NCBI GenBank assembly: GCA_008632985.1 | Contig: QPGO01000025.1 | Coordinates: 558,001 to 622,000, forward strand | DNA: 64,000 nucleotides | Source: Psammoneis japonica | Lineage: Eukaryota | Direction: 5' to 3' | Part shown: positions 47,001 through 59,500 of the stretch, in pieces | How the letters are laid out: every line of letters begins with the position of its first letter | Numbering within the stretch: position 1 is the first letter of the stretch | Notes under the pieces: generated by a model | What the model was told of the DNA's origin: nothing | The model's database searches: none | The model's input: only the letters and a program-made list of their open reading frames with translations | Made by a program: the position numbers and the translations under genes

Positions 47001-47486
47001 GACTCGTTTTATACGACGACCTATGACGAGGAAGCTCCTGGTGACGTTCATGCCAATGGAGTTGCGATCCTTGCAATTACGGACCTACGAGGGAATCGCA
47101 AGCTACATGATGCAGACTTGCGTTTGCTTCAGTCCGGAAACGGCGACTTTGACATTGAATTTTCGCTACAGGCCTCCGATGACATTGGCGGCGGCTTTAG
47201 CGGAGGAGGAAACATTGATGATTCAGGAAATGGCAATAATGTTTGGACTTGGACTGGTGTATTGATCGTTCTCGGAGTTGCAATTACTGGCCTAATTATT
47301 TTGGCTGTTCTCAAGCGAGCCCGAAACCACTTGGCGGCGCGAGTGGCGAATCGTGAAGCAACAGAGGCTAGAGCGGCAGCCACAGCCAATAGAGCTTCTG
47401 CTCAAACGGGACAGTCATATGTGATCCCCGCGGGACAAATGATGATTCCCATGGCCATTCAGCCGAATCCTCCTCCTCAGGAATAA
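44076..47486 (+). CDS. Putative cell-surface protein: six ~102-aa 8-Cys repeats, Pro/Ser/Thr stalk, Cys-containing domain, one TM helix and a short tail
   Basis: Repeat FCGFPLD..PF.EPR.YCN..SDC..FFGEYQCRWEDRRCTSDADETGEDETCPSIRNPTKCRNATWSGTRSCVWY; PT/PS tract ~45980-46730; TM WTGVLIVLGVAITGLIILAVL followed by KRAR. Start codon uncertain. Confidence 0.85.
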   Translation: MSMLTLFSALNATQHAGFCGFPLDFISSGNPFEEPREICNAAAQSDSACKTSTFFGAYRCRWENGKCTSDADETGEDPTCPSIFIEEDCEVETWFGSRSCKWYELTAAPSQAPSMAPSISPEFCGYPLDFLGEDEDPFIEPRQYCNSLAGSESDCGASLFFGEYQCRWEDRRCTSDADQTGEDETCPSIRNPTKCRAATWSGARSCVWYAPTPSPTQEPSSAPSASPEFCGFPLDVLNDEDPFLEPREYCNGFAKSESDCDATEFFGEYQCRWEDRRCTSDADETGEDETCPSIRNPTKCRNATWSGTRSCVWYSPTPSPTQEPSSAPSASPEFCGFPLDILEENEDPFQEPREYCNSFAKSESDCDATEFFGEYQCRWEDRRCTSDADETGEDETCPSIRNPTKCRNATWSGTRSCVWYSPTRSPTQEPSSAPSASQEFCGFPLDILEEDEDPFLEPRRYCNSLAMSESDCGATDFFGEYQCRWEDRRCTSDADQTGEDETCPSIRNPTKCRNATWSGTRSCVWYTPTASPSEEPSSAPSVSAEFCGFPQDILGEDEDPFLEPREYCDILAESESDCMEATFSGEYRCRWEDRRCTSDADETGEDETCPSIRNPTKCRNATWSGTRSCVWYAPTPSLSPSVSVSPSLEPSSIPSAEPSFSSVPSHSPSVGPSTSQTPSALPSALPSALPSASFSPSRYGPTLLPSHSPSFEQTFEPTGHPSIIPTQTPTFVLTMGPTARPTRKPTPMPSKNPTGKPTAKPSNDQTESPTSQPTLGPTAFPSSYPTTDEPTSTPTALPTPNQTGEPTPLPTPLPTRLPTLAPTGPPTMRPTPQPSLPPSASPTLAPTVTPTLSPSARPTRRPSSRPTPIPTPPPTWTFPPTPRPTNQFAPGERLVSACQCDTAGRTCVSDTVQEGSSVYLCLNTEHENVEFVDIQDLRFLQDGNIKDEPINNYGRSSNTFVSIEGRYVLIRAELIDSFYTTTYDEEAPGDVHANGVAILAITDLRGNRKLHDADLRLLQSGNGDFDIEFSLQASDDIGGGFSGGGNIDDSGNGNNVWTWTGVLIVLGVAITGLIILAVLKRARNHLAARVANREATEARAAATANRASAQTGQSYVIPAGQMMIPMAIQPNPPPQE
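44126..45975 (+). repeat. Coding tandem repeat, 6 x ~306 bp
   Basis: Recurring GAATTCTG(C/T)GGATTTCC ... TCCTGTGTTTGGTAC at ~300-bp spacing. Confidence 0.9.
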
Positions 47487-47833
47487 ATCTGGTGAGAGGA
47501 ATTCTCGGAAAACATTACGTGTTAGTTTTTAAGACGCCTCTTTTCCTTTGAAAATGACGGCATGTGAAGAAATAGTACAAGTATGAACGACTTACGTTAT
47601 CATCGTAGTCCATGATCAGTAGTGTTTTCTCAAAACTCATGCCAACACTAACGAAAGCAGAGTAGATTAGAGGTTGTAACAATTCTAGTACATAGATTAA
47701 GCCCGTCCATTGCACAACAGTAACTTGGGCATTTTACACTCGCAAACTTAAAAATGGCGGTGATGGGCCATACAGAGAAGCGCAACTTCTCGCCAAACAA
47801 AGCTATGGATGATGCACCTGCTCATCTCACAAT

Positions 47834-48754
47834 CTAGAAAAAGGACAGTCCAATCATCGCAACGGAGCCAACAATGAAGACCACGGAAGACGCAGTGAAA
47901 GCAGCGTCTGCCCCAGAGGTCGGTTCAGCACTGGGCACCGGTGTCACGGTCGGGAACAACGTCGGAGAGTCCGAGGGACTGGCAGTCGGAAAATCCGTCG
48001 GTGACAACGATGGGGAAGTCGTCGGAAAATTGGTCGGCGACACACTTGGAACCTCGGTGGGAGAAGCCGAAGGCGAGTACGACGGCGAAGCTGAAGGCTG
48101 GGGAGTTCTTGTGGGCGCCGCTGTCGGAGCGGGACAATCATCACGAGACTCTTCCATAATCTGCTGAGCTTTGGAGCGAGGAAGACAGTTCGCATCAAAA
48201 TCTCCTCCACTTCCGCAAAACATCTCGAGAACGTCCGCATCATTCCTCGTAACACGAACGTTCCAGCAGAGGCTTTGTTGGAAGGAGATGGCGTCGGTGA
48301 ACATATGACTCATATCGAGCACATTGGCAACGTCCCATTGAGAAATGTCATAGTTGAAGGCAAAGGCCTGGCGGAACATTTCCTGCATGGCGACGCAGGA
48401 AGAGGTCTGCCACCCAGCGATATTCTGGTTGAAGGAGCTCGCACCGTAAAACATACTGTCGAGACGATTCACGTTTCGAATGTCCCAAGTACCGATTGGT
48501 TGATTAAAAGACTGGGCAAACCTAAACATGAGCTGCATGTCGACCACGTTAGACGTATCCCACCGAGAGATGTCATCATTGAACGTTCTTGCGCCAGGGA
48601 ACTGGTCGAGAGCGTCAAACAGGCCGTTCATGGACGTAACTAACGATGTGTCCCAATCTCGAATGTCGCCATACCTAAGGAACGCCCTCTCTCGGTCGTT
48701 GACCCACTCACGAACGGCAGAATGGATGTTGGCTTGGGTAATCTGAGCCGACAT
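47834..48754 (-). CDS. DUF285 / bacterial surface 25-26-residue repeat (PARCEL/BspA-like) protein with PT stalk and hydrophobic, GPI-like C-terminus
   Basis: YGDIRDWDTSLVTSM..LF, FNDDISRWDTSNV..M..MF, FNQPIGTWD, FNQNIAGW; ends SGADAAFTASSVVFIVGSVAMIGLSFF. Confidence 0.88.
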   Translation of the reverse strand: MSAQITQANIHSAVREWVNDRERAFLRYGDIRDWDTSLVTSMNGLFDALDQFPGARTFNDDISRWDTSNVVDMQLMFRFAQSFNQPIGTWDIRNVNRLDSMFYGASSFNQNIAGWQTSSCVAMQEMFRQAFAFNYDISQWDVANVLDMSHMFTDAISFQQSLCWNVRVTRNDADVLEMFCGSGGDFDANCLPRSKAQQIMEESRDDCPAPTAAPTRTPQPSASPSYSPSASPTEVPSVSPTNFPTTSPSLSPTDFPTASPSDSPTLFPTVTPVPSAEPTSGADAAFTASSVVFIVGSVAMIGLSFF

Positions 48755-49514
48755 GGTGCACGAGTAGTGGGACCGTACACGTGACTCTTCTCAGAATGAC
48801 GAGAGAAGCAACCGGGTTGAGTGAAGTGTGTTGGTTGGGGTCGAATCGTTTCAAATCGGCAGTTTTCGCCGTGAACAAGCAAAAAATGATCTGTGTTTAT
48901 CACGTGTGGTTCAACGGAAATCCCAATAAACGTGTATGTATGAGTCATAGAAACTCAAAATTTGAGAGCTAAAACCGTTTATTAAAAAGCTACAGAAATT
49001 GAATTAATCAATAACGGCAGGGTAGTAGCGAATCCCGTACTTTTTCGCCGTGGATCGTTGGAAAATTCAATAAAAATTTCGTTCACGTTGGATCATTAAT
49101 CAGTTCTTCTAAAAAATTGTAATCATAAATATATAAGTATATACATTCCTAATTTTTCCACGACGCGCGGGACTGGCGTGAGCGCGTGGAGTGGGCGGGA
49201 GGCGGGCAGGCGGGAAAGATTTTTCAACCCGGCCGTCCGCCCGTCGTCCTCGTGTATCTTTCGCGATCTTTTTTGTCACGACATCATCATCATTCATCAT
49301 CTCATTCATTCGTTTCTTATCTCTCACAAGTCACAAGCACCATACCCATACTGTACCCATACCACATACCACCTCGCTGTCAAGCAGTCCAGCAGTCAAG
49401 CAAACCCCATTTTGCCACCGCTCGTCATCGCTTTAGTTGACACGGCCATCGTTGTTCTTGTCAGAAGGCTCCTCGATTTCTATACTGCTCAATCCAAACC
49501 CAATCAGCTGTGAA

Positions 49515-50371
49515 ATGCGACCTTCTCTTTTCTTGGCAATTCTTGGCATTGTAGGACGCTTTGCTAACGGTTTCTCTGCCAGCACGTCTCCGTCGTTTGT
49601 GACAACTCAACCATCATCATTGCAGCCTCTCGTTTCACGGAGTGACAACAGCAAGCTTCGGACCACCATGCCTCTTCAAACCGCACCCACAGTTCGTGGA
49701 GGTGCAGTAAAAGCACAATCTACAGAAACCGATGAAGGATTTGCCTCATCCACTATTCTCGTCTCTCTCTGGGGCACTCTGGGCGTGGCATATATTCTGC
49801 TAAAAGCCATTGTAAGGGTGCTCCCGATTGCTCTGGAGCCTTTTGCGAAGGAAGCGACACCGCTTTCTCAGTTTCAACTAGGGTAAGGTGGAATCCGACT
49901 TAATGCGTCAAGTTTTGTGCATCTTGCTCTAGATTTCTGGATCTAACACTCACACTACATATGCTTTTTTGTTGCATGGAAAACAGCGCATACATTGTAA
50001 CCTGCCTTTGGTTTGCCTACGTGGAGGGCTACAAAGGCTTTCAACTGAAATTTTCACCTCTTGTGGTTTCCCGCTCGCTCACTCTCAAGCCTGGAAGCTC
50101 GCCGATACATCACTTAATTCTGGCACCCTTTTACTCAATGGGCTTGTTTCACGCAACTAGCAAACGAATGAAAGTAAGTTGGGGTGTTACGCTAGGAGTT
50201 GCGGCGATTGTGGCTGCTGTCAAGAAGCTGGCGTATCCATGGAGGAATATAGTAGATGCAGGTGTTGTGGCTGGACTGACATGGGGAACTTTGAGCATGT
50301 TGATTGGTTATGTAAAAGCCCTAGCCACTGGCAAGGCACCAGCGGATCCTGCACTTCCAAAGACGGACTAG
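49515..50371 (+). CDS. Uncharacterised multi-pass membrane protein, probably plastid-targeted; intron 49883-49986
   Basis: Signal peptide + ANG-F + Ser/Thr-rich transit; in-frame splice QLG|AY; motifs AYVEGYKGFQ.KFSP, APFYSMGLFHA, PWRNIVDAGVV.GL.WG. Confidence 0.8.
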
Positions 50372-50529
50372 TCTAATTTGCATAAGCTAGCTCGTCATAT
50401 TTTTTTTTGCAAAATGGTATTCATAAAAAGGCTATTGGAAAAGAGCAGTATTACGGTAACTTTTCTGTTCACGAGGTTGTTCTCGCTCTCTCTGGAGACA
50501 AAATGAGCTTCTGATTTTACATGTTGCGA

Positions 50530-50600
50530 CTCTAGCTAGAATGCACGGTGTCACTCTCTCTCTCTCTCTCTAGAGCTCTCTGTCGAGCAGCTAGCTACAA
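50530..50600. repeat. CTAG/(CT)n patch at the left edge of block 3
   Basis: CTCTAGCTAGA...CTCTCTCTCTCTCTCTCTAGAGCTCTC...CTAGCTAC. Confidence 0.6.
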
Positions 50601-52309
50601 GAGTTGTTAAGGCTTTTATTTCCTTTATCATGGTCGTCTTCGCATGCTTTGAGCTTGCGCACGTGCGGTGCGTGCATGCACGAGGAACGCACTCGTAAGC
50701 TCAGCAACCTAAAAAACATAAAGGAGAAAAAAGAGGACGACGCTTGTTGAGCTCATCTAAAAAAGAAGTGCAAGTGCCTTTTTTGTCAACCAACTGAAGA
50801 AATAAGAGAACTCACCCAATTGACACCACCAAATCATCTAATGGGTTGGGTGGATCAGGCAGTTGTCTCGCTTGAGCAAGGATTTGAGGATGGCATGACC
50901 TTCTCCTCTCTCGAGAAGCTCGCAGAGAGGGGTTGAAGATGGCGGCAGCAGCTGCCTTGTCTGTGTGTGTCCTCAGTTGCTGCCTGCAAATTTTGTGCAC
51001 ACTGGGTGCTCTGCTTTGGTGGCAAAGCTTTTTGGTGGCAGCAGTGGCACAATTGGCAGCAAAGGCAGTGCACGCAAGCTGGGGGGGGGAATGTCTCTTT
51101 TTGCAAATAATCCAATCATGGTGAGAATCGCCATGGAAAGAAGAGGCGAAAGCAAGACATTTGTTGCATCAATTGAGCTGTCTCTCTTGCAACTTTTCCC
51201 ATCTCTGACATTGATGTTGTGCTGTTCACCCCAATTTTGCAGGGTCACTTGTGTGCTGGCGCTTCACACCAGTGCTTTGAAGAGTCGAGCGACAGCTGGC
51301 GGCCCTTCTCAAAACATGCTCTTTTGCCTCATTTGTGCAACATGTGGCATGACTGCACATGTGCTCACAACATTAAAAAAGGCAGATGTGCTGACCAATG
51401 GCTCTTCCAGATGTTTGTTTGACCTTGCAGCTGCAACAATGAGACGACAGTGTTGAAAACATCCTGAACCTCTTTTTGCAAGTTGACCCACCACTTGACT
51501 GCCTCATCACAAATGGAAACATTGCTCCAAGGACAAGCTCACCTCTGAGGCTTCAAAGACAGCTTCCTTCCAAGAGAGTGTTTGAGCAACAAACATTCAC
51601 CTGCTTGCTTCATTCAATGTGTTCCCGTGGAGCTGTTGCCATTGCGATTGAGTGCTTGAGAAAGCAAGTGGAGCACGGAGGGAGCACTCCACTCCCTGGT
51701 CCACAAAAGCCCCCAAACGATTTGCTCAAGCAAGATTTGACAGAACTTGGCCCCTGTCACACAGAGCATTGCAAAATTTGGGCCATGGGCAGATGCCCTT
51801 GCAGTGCAGCCACACATTGAGACCCACCAGTGTGTCGTCACCCTGTGGATTCTTCACCTGTGTGCTTCGTCAAAGACAATCATGCCAGACAAGGTTCTTG
51901 CAGCTTCAATGGCATTTTTTTGTTTGAAAGAAATCCCATGGGGTGAGCTGTTTCTTCCAGGCAAGACCCCCCCCCAGTTGGATGAGAAAATTCTCTTTTT
52001 CCCAAACATTGCTCGCTTGATGGGCAGGACAGTTGATGCAACCAATGTTGTTCAAAGCCCGTTTTGCATCCAAATGCAAGTTCCAGCAAAGATCTGTCAA
52101 TCCCTCAAAGGAGCACAGCAGCAAAGATGCAATGGTGACTGGCAGCAGCCAAGGCTGCACCCTCTAATTTTGCAGCAGAGACAAGACCTGTCACAGTGGC
52201 AAACAGAAATTTGCAGCTGGCACAAGCATCAAAAAACAGCGCAAGGCAAACATGCAGGAGAGAGAGAGAGAGAGAGTCCTTGCACACCTTGCCCTTGGCC
52301 AACTTTTCA

Positions 52310-53460
52310 GGCACTCTGCATCTTCCTCTGAAGCAGTCGGTGCAGAGACACTGGCAAGAAGCACCAACTTTGCTTTTCTGCTGCACAATTTTGTCACTTG
52401 TGTTGTCTTTTGTCAGCGCAGTTGCAGCCCAAAGACTCTGGGGCAATGCCGTGGGCACATGCATCAAAACATGCCAACCACCAATCCCTCTCCCCTTGGC
52501 TTTGTCAAGCACTCTGCATTTTTCAGAGACACTGGCCAGAAGCACTGACTCCAACAGGAATCATTGTGGCTCTCAGAGTCATTGCATGGAAATTGTGCAG
52601 AAGAGCACAAGAAACAATTGTTGTCAGTCTGTCTGCCTTTCCACACTTGAATGTCAACTTCTGGGGAAATCAACTGAAATGTTGTCTGACCAAAGGCACT
52701 GCTCTTCACCATGCAAATCAAAATGCCTTTGGTTAGATGACATTTCAGTTGAGCTCCCGAAAAGTTGCTAGAGCTCCAATCACTCTCTTGCATGACATTG
52801 TGCACATTTCCACACGATTTGGCATTTTTCCTCATGCAAAATGCCGGCTGTGACTCTTGCAACATTTTTGAATGACTCCCATTGCATGTGGGAAATGTGT
52901 GAGAAGGGATCTCATCAAAAATGCCATTGCCAAGTTTGGGAGTGCTGGAGTCATCAGATTTGCTGCAGAGAGATGCTGTGGCATCTTTTCATGGTTCCTC
53001 ATCATTGCCGTCACTCCAGAATCTCAATGACCCCTCTTTGTTTGTGGCCCACACAAGCCGCTGGCACTCCTTTGCCTCTTCTCTCCCTTGGCTTTGTCAG
53101 GCACTTTGCACTTTCTTCTGAAGCAGTCAATGCAGAGACACTGGCCAGAAGCACTGACTTGCATGCAAGAAATGTGTGAGAAAGGATCTGATCAAAAATG
53201 GCATCACCAACTTTGGGAATCTGGAGTTGTTGTCAGATTTGCTGCAGAATGATGCTGCGGCATCTTTTCATGGTTCTTCATCATTGCTGTCCAGAATCTC
53301 AATGGCCCCACTTTGTTTGTGGTCTGCACAGGCCACTGGCATCTTTGCTGCTGCTTCTTCTGCTGCAGTTTTGTCACGTGTGTTGTCTTTGGTTGGCACA
53401 ACTGCGTCCAGCTAAAAAATTCTTGGGCAGTGCCACAGGCACGTGCATCAAAAACATGTC
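52310..53460. repeat. Degenerate internal direct repeats
   Basis: CAGAGACACTGGC(C/A)AGAAGCAC at ~52344, 52523 and 53133; TCAGATTTGCTGCAG...GCATCTTTTCATGGTTC at ~52954 and 53233. Confidence 0.7.
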
Positions 53461-55949
53461 AATCACCAATCACCCTCCCATCTCAGCATCCTTCTCCTTT
53501 TTCTTCTCTGGAACAGCTGCTGGTGGTGTTGCAGCGGCTGGCCATGGTGACAATGTCAGCAACAAATGACTCCATGTTGCATTGTGCACAACAACAACCT
53601 GAAGCAGGAAAGTGAGGCATGAAGCACAAAACAAAACAAACATGCAGGCACATTGATTGAGCAAGCAACCAACCACAACTTTTTGCATTTGCAGCATTGT
53701 CAACCCTGTCTGACCATGGCCACCAAAAGATTTTCACCACATGAAAAAAAGTCTTTCTTTGGTGTGGAAACCATCAGCAATTGTGGCTCCAATCTCTTCT
53801 TGGCTTGTTTTCTTGGCCACCAGGCCACATGTCCAGAGATGCCCAGGGCATCTTGAAAACATCTTTGCACAATGATTGGCAAAGCTGTGGCATGAAAAAT
53901 TTGGCAAGGCATGCTCCAAGAAAGCCAGAGCACACAAAACAAAGTGCAAGCTGTTGCTTGTTTCTGGCGCAGTCAATGAAAGTTTTTTGTTTGTGCTTGT
54001 AACAGGTTTCTCCCCACATTGCTTGCTGTCTGACAATCATTTTTAATGTGCCAGGTGGGTTTGTGCACCTGCTTTTGTTAAAAGCCATGGGGTGCAAAGG
54101 ACAGCATGGCTGTGCCAAGTGCTGATTTTTCCTCTGAAATCAGCAGCAAAGTGAAATGGCACACAAAATGGACCACACCCTGTTGTGACAACCATGCACT
54201 TGTTCACCCATGATGATGTTGTGCCACATCAGCCAAACTAAAAACATTTGAGTGCAACCATTGGGCACAACTCCTGCTGCTTTTGTTGAGTGCCTCACTC
54301 AAAAACAGCATCAATGCCACGGCAGATTGCACAGTGCTCCTGTGCCACCACAGCTCAGACAACATTGATGCCATGGCAGGTTGCATGACTCCTGCTGTTG
54401 TCAGTCAAACAACAACATTCACATCAGAGCTCTGGCAGCAGAGCAGCAGCATCTTCACCCCAAAACAGCATTCTTCTTGACTGAGTTTCAACAAAATCAA
54501 CATGTGAGTCTACAAATTTTCTTTGCTGGCTCATCAAGCACTTGTTTTCATCTTGCTGTTGCTTGTTTTCCTTCTGAGAAACAGCAGACTTCAGCTTGGT
54601 GGCACACGCTGATGTTTGCTTCTTTTTGTTGTTGTTGTTGACACCAGGCTTCTTTTGCTGCCAGCTGGCTTCCTGGTCTTGTTTTGGGTGCAGATGGCTT
54701 GTTTCTTTTTTCTGGGTGTCTTTGCAGCAACCCACATGTTGACAGCATTGGATGCAAGCTCCTCTTCCAAAGCCATTTTGCTTTGTTTTTTTGTGCCACT
54801 TTGCTGGCTCTTGTGGGTTCTTGGTTGGCTTCTTTGAGCGTCTCCATTTCTTGGTGCTTTCTGGCTGCTTCAACAAGAGAGTCCATCTTGATGAGCTGCT
54901 TGCCTCCTGTGCAATGCCATTGGGCAATGCTTGTGAAAGCCACAAGAAATCTGTTGACTGTCAAGTTTTTTTTTTGCACCCAGATTTTTGGTTTGGCCAT
55001 CGTCAGTGTTGGACATGCGATGCTGTCACTCCTTCTCTCATCTGAGCCAGACCAGTTGAAAAGTGGGGCAATGGAAAAAGAGTGCCACCAAGCATTGTTG
55101 CCTTCTGCTGTGTGACCTCTTCCCTGCACCATCCAGACTGTTGGCCTGCCGTGCTGCATTTTTCATGGTGCTCCTGACCTTCCCACCATTGCCGATGATG
55201 ATCCTGCATTTCAAGATCCAGGGAGGGATCAACACAGTGTAGAGGAGGCACACAAGGCTTTTCAGTGTTCAAGATTGGACCAAGATGCCACATTTGGTGA
55301 TCAAAATTTGCACATCCGCGGATGCTCACCTGCCCAGCATTCACCTTCTTTCCATGTTGAGTCACTCCAGGCTGCATCCATTGCAGCAAAGAGGAAGCCT
55401 GCAAGTGCAATGGAAGTGGGGCGACCACACAAGAGGGCCACAAAGTCTCATCACCTTCTGCCTCAACACATCTTTTGTTCACTGACAAGGCCATTGCGTT
55501 GTCAAATGGCATTTTTCCTGGTGCTCCCAACCTGTTGATCATCGCAGATGATGACCCTGCATGTTGTGAACAGGGGAGAGATCCCTGTTGTGCAGTGCAA
55601 GCACACAAGGCTGTTCAGCATTCAAGATTTTTCAAGCCGCCATGTTTGAAGGCCAAGATTTGCACATGCTGCCATCCTCACCTGTCGTGCGCACACGTCT
55701 TTCCAATGTTGAGGACTTTTACAATGCATTTTTTTTGTCCAGTGTGTTTTTCAAGGATGAAGCAAAATGTGACAGAGGTGCTGCTTTGTCCAGTGGGCTT
55801 TTTCCATTTTGTTTTTGCCACATCATGCACCATGGTGAATTTCCATCTGGCCCCATTTTGCTGGATGGGATTCAGCAAAACATTGGGGCTCACCAGAATG
55901 TCCCTGGCTCACCTTTGCCTTCAATCATTTGTTGACTGACAGAATTCTT

Positions 55950-56240
55950 CCTTGGTTCAAGACTCAGTTGACATGCAAAAATTGCTGGAAACTGCCTTTG
56001 ATGTTTTTTGTCCAAGACTTGGCGACAATGAAGCTGTCTTCAAGAGCTCAACCAAACCGGAGTCTGCTTTGAAGAAGAAGCACAGTGCGGTTGCCTGTCA
56101 CAGGACTTGTGAGGCACAAGCCGCTGGAATGGTGTGCATTGCTTGGGAAGATGGGCGCACGAATTTGGCAGACGAACTGCTGGCCAAGTTGTCACCTGGA
56201 CCGGGTTTGCTGCATGGGCGCAGCTTTTTCCCACCCCCAA
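55950..56240 (+). mobile_element. Ty1/copia RNase H relic
   Basis: LGDNEAVFKSSTKPESALKKKHSAVACHRTCEAQAAG.V.IAWEDGRTNLAD.L.K matches the copia pattern DNxAV...PESTLKKKH.SIAYHR.REAVAAG...NLADxxTK. Confidence 0.85.
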
Positions 56241-56514
56241 AGTGAAAATGCTGCCCTGGAACAGGGCAGCATCAGGTTGCACTTGTCTGTCGATCTGGCC
56301 CGAGTGGAGCCAGTGTCAGCTCAAGGGGGCTGAACAAATGCTGACACACTGTCACGAATGTGGGCAGTTCATGTGCTGTTGGCGAGTGGTCCACTGTTGC
56401 TTGTTTGGTGGTCCCAGTGGCACAACACCTCACAACTCTAGAGCCTGTTGATGCTGTTCAACACTCAGTCTTGTCTTGCACCCAATTCTCAGCTGTCATG
56501 GCGGCATTTGCTCA

Positions 56515-59500
56515 CTGCACCCTTTGCCACCATTTTGTGCCCTTTGTGGTTTTGCATCCTTTGTGATTTTGCGCCCTTGTCCATTTTGCACCCTTTGTGA
56601 TTTTGCACCCTTTGCCGCCATTTTGCACCCTTGGCCATTCTGCACCCTTTGTCATTTTGCGCCCTTGCCCATTTTGAGCCGTTTGCCACCATTTTGCACC
56701 CTTTGTGATTTTGCGCCCTTTGCCATTTTGTGCCCTTTGTGATTTTGCGCCCTTTGTGATTTTGCACCCTTTGCCGCCATTTTGTGCCCTTTGTGATTTT
56801 GCACCCTTTGTGATTTTGCGCCCTTGTCCACTTTGCACCCTTTGTGATTTTGCACCCTTTGCCGCCATTTTGCACCCTTTGATCTTCTGATTTTGCGCCC
56901 TTGGCCATCTCAAGCCCTTGGTCATTTTGTGCCCTTTGTGATTTTGCACTGTGATTTTGTGCCATTGTCCATTTTGCGCCCTTTGTGATTTTGCACCCTT
57001 TGCCACCATTTTGCACCCTTTGTGATTTTGCTCCCTTTGTGATTTTGCACCCTTTGCCGCCATTTTGCACCCTTCGCCATTTTGCGCCCTTTGTGATTTT
57101 GCGCCCTTGCCCATTTTGCACCCTTTGCTGCCATTTTGCACCCTTGGCCATTTTGCACCCTTTGTGATTTTGCACCCTTTGCCGCCATTTTGTGCCCTTT
57201 GTGATTTTGCACCCTTTGTGATTTTGTGCCCTTGTCAATTTTGCACCCTTTGTGATTTTGCACCCTTTGCCGCCATTTTGCACCCTTTGTGATTTAGAGC
57301 CCTTTGTGAACTTGCACCCTTTGCCACCGTTTTGCACCCTTTGTGATTTTGCGCCCTTGGCCATTTTGCACCCTTTGTGGTTTTGCACCCTTTGCCGCCA
57401 TTTTGCACCCTTTGTGATTTTGTGCCCTTTGTGATTTTGCGCCCTTGTCCATTTTGCACCCTTTGTGATTTTGCACCTTTTGCCGCCATTTTGCACCCTT
57501 GGCCATTTTGCGCCCTTTGTGATTTTGCACCCTTTGCTGCCATTTTGCGCCCTTTGTGATTTTGCACCCTTTGTGATTTTGCGCCCTTGTCCATTTTGCA
57601 CCCTTTGTGATTTTGCGCCCTTTGTGATTTTGCGCCCTTTGTGACTTTGCACCCTTTGCCGCCATTTTGCACCCTTTGTGATTTTGCGCCCTTGTCCATC
57701 TTGCGCCCTTTGTGATTTTGCACCCTTTGCCGCCATTTTGCACCCTTGGCCATTTTGCGCCCTTTGTGATTTTGCACCCTTTGCTGCCATTTTGCGCCCT
57801 TTGTGATTTTGCACCCTTGGCCATTTTGTGCCCTTTGTGATTTTGCGCCCTTTGTGATTTTGCGCCCTTGCCCATTTTGCACCCTTTGTGATTTTGCACC
57901 CTTTGCTGCCATTTTGCACCCTTGGCCATTTTGCACCCTTTGTGATTTTGCACCCTTTGCCGCCATTTTGCGCCCTTTGTGATTTTGCGCCCTTGTCCAT
58001 CTTGCGCCCTTTGTGATTTTGCACCCTTTGCCGCCGTTTTGCACCCTTGGCCATTTTGCGCCCTTTGTGATTTTGCACCCTTGCCCATTTTGCACCCTTT
58101 GTGATTTTGCACCCTTTGCCACCATTTTGCACCCTTTTTGATTTTGCGCCCTTTGTGAGTTTGCACCCTTTGCCGCCATTTTGCACCCTTTGTGATTTTG
58201 CGCCCTTGCCCATTTTGCACCCTTTGTGATTTTGCACCCTTTGCTGCCATTTTGCGCCCCCCCTCATTTTGCACCCTTGGCCATTTTGTGCCCTTGTCCA
58301 CTTTGCACCCTTTGTCATTTTGCACCCTTGGCCATTTTTGCGCCCTTTGTGATTTTGCGCCCTTTGCCGCCGTTTTGCACCCTTTGTGATTTTGAGCCCT
58401 TTGTGATTTTGCACCCTTTGCCACCATTTTGCACCCTTTGTGATTTTGCGCCCTTTGTGATTTTGCACCCTTGGCCATTTTGCGCCCTTTGTGATTTTGC
58501 GCCCTTTGCCGCCATTTTTGTGCCCCCCGTGATTTTGCACCCTTTGCCGCCATTTTGCACCCTTGGCCATTTTGCGCCCTTTGTGATTTTGCACCCTTTG
58601 CCGCCATTTTGCGCCCTTTGTGATTTTGCACCCTTGTCCATCTTGCACCCTTTGTGATTTTGCACCCTTTGCCGCCATTTTGCACCCTTGGCCATTTTGC
58701 GCCCTTTGTGATTTTGCACCCTTTGCTGCCATTTTGCACCCTTTGTGATTTTGCGCCCTTTGTGATTTTGCACCCTTTGCTGCCATTTTGCACCCTTTGT
58801 CATTTTGCACCCTTTGTGATTTTGCACCCTTTGCTGCCATTTTGCACCCTTGGCCATTTTGCGCCCTTTGTGATTTTGCGCCCTTGTCCATTTTGCGCCC
58901 TTTGTGATTTTGCACCCTTTGCCGCCATTTTGCACCCTTTGTGATTTTGTGCCCTTTGTGATTTTGCGCCCTTTGACGCCATTTTGCACCCTTTGTGATT
59001 TTGAGCCCTTTGTGATTTTGTGCCATTTTGCACCCTTTGTGATTTTGCACCCTTTGCCACCATTTTGCACCCTTGTCCATTTTGTGCCCTTTGTGATTTT
59101 GCGCCCTTTGCCGCCATTTTGCGCCCTTTGTGATTTTGCACCCTTTGTGATTTTGTGCCCTTGCCCGTTTTGTGCCCTTTGTGATTTTGCACCCTTTGCT
59201 GCCATTTTGCGCCCTTTGTGATTTTGCGCCCTTTGCCATTTTGTGCCCTTTGTGATTTTGCACCCTTTGCCGCCATTTTGCACCCTTTGTCATTTTGCGC
59301 CCTTTGTGATTTTATGCCCTTGTCCATTTTGCACCCTTTGTGATTTTGCACCCTTTGCCGCCATTTTGTGCCCTTTGTGACATTGCACCCTTTGTGATTT
59401 TGTGCCCTTGCCCATTTTGCGCCCTTTGTGATTTTGCACCCTTTGCCGCCATTTTGCACCCTTTGTGATTTTGTGCCCTTGGCCATTTTGCGCCCTTTGT

